NCBI GenBank assembly: GCA_001179505.1
Contig: CDMY01000838.1
Span: 1 to 16,168, forward strand
Length of the DNA stretch: 16,168 nucleotides
Direction: 5' to 3'
Source: Vitrella brassicaformis CCMP3155
Taxonomy: Eukaryota > Protista > Chromerida
The stretch's first letter is position 1, and each line of letters begins with the position of its first letter. Shown one piece after another: positions 9,126 to 16,168 of the stretch. The notes below the pieces were generated by a model. That model was not told the DNA's origin and searched no databases. It saw only the letters and a list, made by a program, of their open reading frames with translations. The translations under genes were made by a program, and so were the position numbers.

Positions 9126-12100
9126 TCACAATTGCCTTCCGCATATTGCAGTCCCGTTTGGTCTGCTCAAGTTGGGGACGCTTCTCGTATATGGCGGTTC
9201 ACAGAGCGGCGACCTGCTACGTGGGCTAATGCGGGCGCTTTGCACAATATCCTCCCTCAGATCGTCTGGAAAGCGTATGAGTGAGAAATAGCTCGAAAAG
9301 GATCAATATTCGAGAGCATAGCTTAAGAACTTCCCTGGCTTTGGCACTTGCCTGCATGTTGCTGTAGTTGATGAATGTGCTGCTCGAGCTGCCTCTGTAG
9401 TAATGTGAGGCCGTGTGCTGTGGTGCGACTCTCGCCCATGTACCGCTTCAGACTGCTCTTCTCTGCAATGTAGGTGTCAGACGTGTACATCCACGAGAAC
9501 ACATGGGAGTCCAGCAATGGCTGTGCGTTCGTACCTGCAATGATTTTGTCAAGCTTGTCTCTCTCTTTGTCGATCTGCACCTGCATTTGCTTTTCGGCCC
9601 ACTGCAACTGTTGTTCGTACTCTGCACGACGTAAAACAAATGACGCCCACTATCGAAGACAGTCAACACGCCCACCGCTGATGAGTCGCTTAGCTTTCCC
9701 CTCTGCCTCCTGCGCTTGCGTTGCGGTGCTTTGCTTGGATTCTTCCAGCTCACGGCGCAGCGCATCGCGCTCGCGAGTCACCTGCAAAACACACACACGC
9801 ACACCACACGTTCCGGGGGAAGAGGAAAGAAACGGCCACCTTTTCCAGCTCCTTTGTTATCTTTCCGTCTCCGTCTCTCCTCATCTGGACCTGGCTCAAG
9901 GCCGCTGAAACAAATGTCACATATGGCATTGTGTGCCATAGCTATGCAGTGCCTTGTTTGCCTTCCAATTGAGCCTGCTGTCTGGCCAGTGCTTGATCAC
10001 TCCTCTCTTTCCCTGCACTCAGAAAGCGCATGTTCTCCTGCGTCTCTTCCAGCAGGTAATGCGTGCGTTGGAGATCCTTCTCAAGCCACTCGTTCTTTTG
10101 CTGAAGCTGCATGGCGTATGCACCACACGCATGGATCAGCGCATTCCACTTCACACACCTGTTGCATTTGGCTGCTTGTGTCCTGGAGTTGCCTGGCGAA
10201 GTGCTCCTCGTGACGACACCGCTCACGCTCAGCACTGCCCAACTTTAGCTGGCTCTCCTCCTGCATCTGCACCTATGACAGTGCCGTATGTACCGAGGGC
10301 ACCGAGTCGAGACGTGTTCATCTCCCTTCAGAGTCCCACCTTCTTTATGGCCTGAATGTGTGCCTCTTTCCACGTGTCATACTGCTCCTTTGCTGTCGCC
10401 AGCTTAGCCCGCAGTGTCTGCTGGGAGTCCTCGGCACGATACCGCTCCTCGTCTGCCAAGCGATCGCGGGACTGAAACACCATGGATAGTTAGGTATGTG
10501 CTACCCATTCAGATGCACGTGCTCACCTCAATATCCCACTGCAACTGCGCGTTCATTTCAGCGAGCCGTCGCTGCTGCTCTATCAGATTATTCCTCTCGC
10601 GATGCAGCGCCTGTTGGACGTCCATCAGACTGGCCTACACGTGAATGCACATGCTTCTTATTCGGTGTACAAGTAGGTCGCGCGTAACGCAGTGTCGGTC
10701 TGCTTTCCTGCGCGTCCTTGAGGGCCTGGGCTTTCTCGTCAAGCTTCGTTTCAAGCAATGACTTTCGAGCAGACCATTCGTTCTACCGAAGACGATTACA
10801 GACGAAGTGTCTTCCCAGATTCCTGTTGGTACACCCACCTCCACCTTGTCCCGGATGAGTTTGGTCTCTCGTAGCTCCTGCTCGGCCATCTGCAGCTGCC
10901 CCTGGAGGGACGTCAGCTGAGACTTGGCCTCCGCGGCATCCGACTGAAGGGCACTGCGCTCGCGAGACCAGTGCTGAAAACCGGACGAAAAACAAGAATG
11001 GTAAGCCGCAGCTCCGCGTTCCCACCAAGTGACCGCCTGACCTGTCTCGCCTTTGCGAGGTCTTCGTCTGCTGCCTGTCTGAGCTGATGTGCCTTGTCGC
11101 ATTGAGCTTTTGCCTGTGTGATATCCTGAACAATCAGAAAAGCATGAGACACGTCAGCCTCTGTCAATCGGCAGAGCGGTGGTCGATTTACCCGCTGCAG
11201 TGCGCAGTTGTCCGTCTCCAGTCGGCCGATCACTTGTTTCAGGCCCGATATCTCGCCACTTTTGGCTTCGTTTTCGTCCCGATGTGCTTTGAGCTGCTGG
11301 GTGGCGTCGTTCATGTCGATCTCGTGTGCGTGCGCGGCAGCCTGGAACTTCTCCTCGTAATGAGTCCTGCATAACGCCAACTCGCGCTCATTGCTCTCGC
11401 ACAGACGGCGGCGTTGCTCCTCTATCTGCAGAGGCCCAGCAACATATTGAATCGACCCTCATCCTTTTCATTCATCACGTTCGCACACCTCGCATCATCA
11501 TTCACGTTCGCACACCTCGTTTCGCAGCCTGTCTGTGTTGGCGGTAGCTGTAGCGAGTGCCTCGTCCATGTCGCGAGCCTGTTTCTTGTACTCCTTCACT
11601 TGCTGGGCTTGGTTCTGCATCAGGCAGCTGATCCTCTGTCTCATGTAATGGACGTACGGATTAACGTGCATACCTTGGTCCCATTTTCGAGTGCAGAAAG
11701 TCTGGTCAGGGCTATGGTGTACTCTTGCTGGAGCTGCTTAAGGTGATTCTCTACGCAGAGTCACCCACCCATTGCGTTGTATTCATGCGCTCCTGCGCTG
11801 GCGCTTTAGTGCATGACTACCGGCAGCGTGTCCGCCTTTGACCATATCCTCGTGGTGTCTCTCAAGCGTCCGCCGCTCGTCGGCCCTGTTCTGCCGCTCT
11901 GACTGAAGCGCAGAGTTTGTGGCCTATACGTGCGCGTGCAAAGATGTAAGGGACAGCACACGTTGCGCCCCGGGTTTGACCTGGACTTCAGCCTGCAGGG
12001 CTGCGATCTGGCGATCGAGCTTGCAGTGAATGTCCTCCTGCGAGGAAACGAGAACGCGATGCGAAAGTCACTACGAAACATGACATTTACTCGCCTTTTC

Positions 12101-13112
12101 CTGTCCGATAAGGTTGCACCGCTCCTGCCACGACGCCTGCACACAGCACCAGATACTAGTATCGGTCTCACTCTCACATTACACGTGGAGATCCGCTCAC
12201 ATTCTCCTTTTTCCTTTTGTCTCTCTCTTCGTCGAGTAGACGCTTGGCCTCAAACAGCGAATTCTTGAGTTTCTGACGCTCCTGCTCTACACGACGGGAC
12301 TGGATCTCAAGCTGAAGTTGAGTATGCAATATCTGACACACCCGCCCGCCCCGCTGAGAGTGCACCCGTGCCTTCTGACCTGGGATGTGACTTCCTGTTT
12401 GATGTGCGTGACCTGCTTGATAGTCGATTCCTCAATGAGCTGCAAGTGACAATTAGCAACCAACGACGTACGTGCCCTCTTCCGGCCAACAACAACCAGC
12501 ACATAGGTGTATCTCACGTGCTGTTGCATATGTGTGCACCTTGAAGTTCGTTTTCTCCTCGGCAAGCAGGTTTCGCAAGCAGCATGCCTCCGAACGCAAT
12601 GTCTCGAGGCGCTCCTTCACCTGTGCCAGCCTGTCAACCATCTGGCTGTACATGGCACGGAATCTCTCCTCTGAGGCCTGGCGCTCTGATTCAGACGCAA
12701 GACATCATCGCACTAGGCACCTCTTGGCCGACAACGCAATCTGCCCACGCACCCTCCTGCATCTGAGCATTGTAGATGTCCTTTGCCGTCTGCAGCTCAG
12801 CCTCGTGCCGACGGTCAAGCCTACAAAGTGGGACTCCCACACGCGCACAGATGTGCTTGCGCTGTGCAGTCTCACTCATCCATTTGCTCTTCTGCGTCTA
12901 GGTGCAGTCGTGTGATGCGCGCTATTTCATCGCTTTGAGCCTGATGACAACAGATGCGTGTGCTATCTTTCTTGAGTCCCATGTCTGACCTTGACTTGTT
13001 TCAGAAGCCGGATGTTGGCATTTTTGAGCATCTCCAGGGATCTTACCAGCTCGCCATTTACATCACCCTGCTCTAACAAGTCGGCTTGAAGTGAGGAACA
13101 GCGTCGCTGAGC
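9126..13112 (-). CDS. Long coiled-coil protein (E/Q/K/R/L/A-rich; SMC/myosin-tail-like composition), 24-exon core encoding 833 aa; function unknown, possibly cytoskeletal or centrosomal
   Basis: Hand-built exons on the minus strand: 13112-12990, 12940-12876, 12820-12753, 12685-12540, 12439-12380, 12332-12201, 12136-12095, 12037-11981, 11923-11836, 11750-11674, 11614-11516, 11425-11192, 11125-11042, 10973-10839, 10782-10708, 10634-10527, 10471-10340, 10272-10159, 10106-9953, 9904-9840, 9781-9676, 9621-9535, 9462-9352, 9265-9126 (TGA). They total 2502 nt and are phase-consistent with no internal stop. All acceptors are AG; donors are 18 GT, 4 GC and 1 GA; introns are 47-100 nt. Example peptides: LDRRHEAELQTAKDIYNAQMQE, SRRVEQERQKLKNSLFEAKRLLDEERDKRKKEN, VTRERDALRRELEESKQ. 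The last exon is less certain, because further exon-like pieces exist down to ~8850. Confidence 0.9.
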
Positions 13113-13166
13113 CTAGTGAATCAATACTCCATGGCGACAGCAGTTGTACAATGGGCTGACCATTAC

Positions 13167-13474
13167 CTCCAAGAGGCTTTCTTTCAAAGCACTGTACTGT
13201 CGCGAGGGGGCGGTGGGCGTCCCAGCAATCGCTGAATTGAAAAGACCCTTGCACGATGTAATCGAGCAAGAAGTGCTCATCCATGCTGACCCGAGGAGTC
13301 TCCCTGGAGCGTCACCATTGAGCCCGGCGGAACTGAAGGGCGCGACATTTCACAATGCGTCTGCAACCCTCAATTCGCATACCGATTGTAAGCTCGTTGC
13401 AAGTTGGCTGTCCATACTCCGTTGGAGGAGCTTCAGCTCCGTGCTCAAAGTCACCTTCTCCGACCGCTCGGTGC
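13167..13474 (-). CDS. Probable upstream exons of the coiled-coil gene (13474-13383, 13332-13291, 13231-13167)
   Basis: GT-AG introns of 50, 59 and 54 nt join these exons in frame to 13112 (...IAGTPTAPSRQYSALKESLLE|AQRR...). An alternative frame for the first exon also looks protein-like. Confidence 0.55.
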
Positions 13475-13609
13475 CTACACAGACGGTGCAACCAGCTAAG
13501 GATTGGTATATATAGCGTCAACGAGGGCGTCCTACCGAGCCTCCGATCCTTTGTTGACCACAACAGGTTTCAAGTTCGGGACTCGCCTCAGCTTGAGGCA
13601 CGTTCTTAC

Positions 13610-14308
13610 CCGCCTTCCCGTCCGCTGCACAAAGCTAGCAATCCCTTCGGTTCCGTCAGCGGGGGGCCCTCCTTTCTTTCTTTTGAGAAACTGTTATACG
13701 CCCTCGAGGGTGTATAACAGTCCTCTTCGAACTCATCCCGTCCAGATCTACGCCCCTCTACCCCTCTTGAAGTGAAAGAGAGCCTATCTACGCAACGAGA
13801 AGCAACCTACGCAACCTGTCTATCTTGCTGAACGGCGACTGAGCCAACCCATCAAATCCCAGCCCCTTCAAGAAAGCAGAGTAGTTCTGCTCGTCATTCA
13901 CGACCCGTCGTCAGTTGTGTCCAATCGGCATGAAGTCTTTGTTTCGATCTGGTAAGCCACATGTGGAAAAGGCAGCAAAGTAGACGGAAGAAAGCAGCAC
14001 ACTGCCCACCACACAGACCCACACAGAAACGCCGAAAGGCGGGATAAGACGAGTGCGCAAGCCTACCAAGGAAGGGCGGTGCCCTTTCCGAAAAAAAAAA
14101 CAGGCCTCCGAAGAGGGAGGGAGGGAGGGAAAAAAGAAAACGACTGCCATGCAAAGTGCGCCGAACGAGTCAGTGTTAGGGTGTCCCCCGTTACACAGGC
14201 TCGTTACCCGTCGCCATAGCTCATCCCGCTCTCCCACTGCCCTCCTCCTCTCTCCCATTCCTCACCGAAATCCCCTTCACCTCCGTGAAACCCCATTCTG
14301 CTCGTCAT
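13610..14308 (-). CDS. Speculative first two exons of the coiled-coil gene (14308-14208 starting MTSRMGFHGGEGDFGEE; 13783-13610)
   Basis: Phase-compatible GT-AG junctions give a low-complexity N-terminus and a protein of about 990 aa. However, the implied introns (424 and 135 nt) are much longer than the others and overlap repeats. Confidence 0.3.
13690..13721. other. 32-bp near-perfect palindrome
   Basis: actgttatacgccc-tcga-gggtgtataacagt; one mismatch (G/T). Confidence 0.9.
13885..14011 (+). repeat. Direct repeat X, copy 1 (127 bp)
   Basis: Identical to 14296-14424 except for one patch (gatctg vs tcaatgta). Confidence 0.95.
14136..14168 (+). repeat. Direct repeat Y, copy 1
   Basis: gaaaacgactgccatgcaaagtgcgccgaacga is also present at ~15234-15266. 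Confidence 0.9.
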
Positions 14309-14424
14309 TCACGACCCGTCGTCAGTTGTGTCCAATCGGCATGAAGTCTTTGTTTCTCAATGTAGTAAGCCACATGTGGAAAAGGCAGCAAAGTAGACGG
14401 AAGAAAGCAGCACACTGCCCACCA
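14296..14424 (+). repeat. Direct repeat X, copy 2 (129 bp)
   Basis: See 13885-14011; offset 411 bp. Confidence 0.95.
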
Positions 14425-15233
14425 TCCCACCCACCAAAAGGGGGAGCTCCGCAAGCGACAGCTTGCGCCAAAGAGAGAGGGCAGATGAGGGACGGCCTGT
14501 CGGGGTGAAGCCGAAAGGATTGGCGTGTTGGGGCTCATTTGGTTAGTGATAGAGACTCGTTGCGGACGAGGGGACAGCTACGGGAGGGCGAAGGAGAGGC
14601 GGGAAGACGAACACACGACAACGGAAACCCGGGGAGGCATCCAAGCAGCTCGTTGAGATCCGGCTAAGAGATAGCAGGCCGCTTCACCCCCAGCCCCCCT
14701 TTCTCTTGGCTGCCGTGACCGGGTAGACGTACACATGGCCCGTCACGATAGTGGACCCAGGTCCTACCACGATGTGATAGTCGGGTGCCGGACTCTCGTA
14801 GCGCGTCAGACGCCGCCTGAAGTCGCGCCAGTAGAAGACTTCTGCCGAAAGGAAGGCGTAGCTTGGGTCATCTCACTCATCCACCGCACACGTACCCAAA
14901 AAAAAGAACGACTCGCCCTCATCGAGGAGGCCGACCACAAGGCCTGAACCAGCGCCACCACAAGGAAGCAGCCGAAGAGAAAGAGCGGGGTAGCCAGAAA
15001 GCCTCCAGGACGCGGGCAGTACGGCAAGAAGGCAGAGGGCAGCCGTCGAGGGGTCATCCGCTGCATTAGGCCAGCACGCGCGACGCTGGACTCGCGGCTG
15101 ATCTCCTCCAGCATCATCACACGCCGGCAGCAGCATGGCCATGACGCAGGTTCGTACATAACCTCCTCTGACCTATGTACATGGGAGGGGCAGCGATACA
15201 GACGCAGGGGGAGTCACAGGCACCTCACACAAG

Positions 15234-15266
15234 GAAAACGACTGCCATGCAAAGTGCGCCGAACGA
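15234..15266 (+). repeat. Direct repeat Y, copy 2
   Basis: Identical to ~14136-14168. It is preceded by a weak X-like block (acatgggaggggcagcgatacagacg, ~15179-15204). Confidence 0.9.
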
Positions 15267-15360
15267 CGAAGGGGATCTCGTTCGTTCGTTCGTTAACCTC
15301 ACGGGGACCTTGCCCCCCGGCCCCCCGAAGGGGTACGCAAGAACGAGTCTGTGTGATGCA

Positions 15361-15489
15361 GGCCTGTCTACCCACCCATCCCTATGGTCCACCACAAAAG
15401 GAAAGGCACTGGCACCGGCCGACACACAGATGACAACAGAGGGCACAGGTGACGAACACTTCCCCTGGCTACATACACAAGAACGGGCG
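15361..15489 (-). repeat. Dispersed repeat homologous to 7324-7450
   Basis: The reverse complement shares five conserved blocks in order with 7324-7450. Confidence 0.85.
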
Positions 15490-15731
15490 ATATCGCACGC
15501 CTCTGTGTCCTCGAGGGACGCGAAAGAAACGACGGACACCAGACGACTCTGTCTGTGTCCTCGCACCGATCAATCAGTGCAGCAGCTATTGCACGGTTTC
15601 ACGGCAGCTACCCTGCGCATCCTAGTGCCACTCCTGGCTGGTCCTCGCGGCGCGCGGAGATCCGTTTTGCAGGCAGTCCAGTGAGATCCTTAGGGTAGCT
15701 AATCTAGACCCTACTCGCGAAACTTGCGCCG

Positions 15732-15805
15732 TGGTCAACTGGAGGAATTGAACCCACGACGACCGGCTCACATGACTCCGTGGCGAACCACTCGGCCATG
15801 GACCA
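15732..15805 (-). pseudogene. tRNA-derived sequence (pseudo-tRNA or SINE head) with Pol III A and B boxes
   Basis: The minus strand reads TGGTCCATGGCCGAGTGGTTCGCCACGGAGTCATGTGAGCCGGTCGTCGTGGGTTCAATTCCTCCAGTTGACCA. It has an A box (TGGCCGAGTGG) and a B box (GGTTCAATTCC) at tRNA spacing over 74 nt. The D, anticodon and T stems have several mismatches, so it is not a credible functional tRNA and the isotype cannot be assigned. Confidence 0.75.
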
Positions 15806-16168
15806 GTGGGAGACCGCACTCGAGCGCGCGACGCAGAAGGGGAGCATGCGGTGCAGAAGGGAATATATATTGCATTCTCCAATGCGGCTCCTCAGCGCCA
15901 GCCGACAGCCCGAAACGCAGACACACAGGGGTGGTCAGTATGGGATTGGGGGGCTCGGCCTGCGCCCAGCGACGTCAGGGCCCGTGCGACACACGACAGA
16001 CGCGCACGTACCACCCCGCCTCACGCCGGTGCTCCCGGGCGGTCTCCCAGATGGAGCGGTGTCTAGTGGTACGTGTGACTGCTTTGAGTTTGAACGTCGG
16101 ACACTACACAGACCTCCAGAGGGCCCGAGTGGCCACACTGGAGTGTACGAATACTTCCAGAAACAGCA

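Noticed and set aside
13885-13950. Hammerhead ribozyme on the minus strand (GAAAC ... CTGACGA)
   Set aside because: There is no stem III partner with a GUH cleavage site, and stem II does not close next to the core.
13972-14007. SRP helix-8-like GGAAGAAAGCAG
   Set aside because: The bases flanking the GGAA loop do not pair and the conserved CAGG strand is missing.
14735-15159. Short ORFs on both strands between the X/Y repeats
   Set aside because: No recognisable domain or consistent splice pattern; cannot be supported as coding.
15732-15805. Functional tRNA gene
   Set aside because: Multiple mismatches in the D, anticodon and T stems; recorded as tRNA-derived instead.

Overview
Eukaryotic (protist-like) genomic DNA, moderately GC-rich, with two 300-N scaffold gaps; no prokaryotic features. 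The right half holds one long minus-strand gene that I reconstructed by hand. It has 24 well-supported exons at 9126-13112 (833 codons) plus 3-5 less certain upstream exons, and encodes a coiled-coil protein. Its introns are very short (47-100 nt); frame continuity requires 4 GC-AG introns and most likely one GA-AG intron. The left half and the right end are a patchwork of mobile and repeat DNA: an RT-less fragment of a CRE-like non-LTR retrotransposon (CCHC + restriction-like endonuclease), a 1.5-kb fold-back element with CACTA...TAGTG ends, a diverged ~120-bp tandem array, a dispersed repeat family with a tRNA-derived head and a hairpin head, and several strong palindromes. The style (tiny introns, GC/GA donors, (GGAT)n/(TG)n microsatellites) suggests an alveolate such as a chromerid or a dinoflagellate relative, but that is inference. 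I did not find a clearly new multi-gene system. The best leads are the non-canonical splicing and the composite repeat families.
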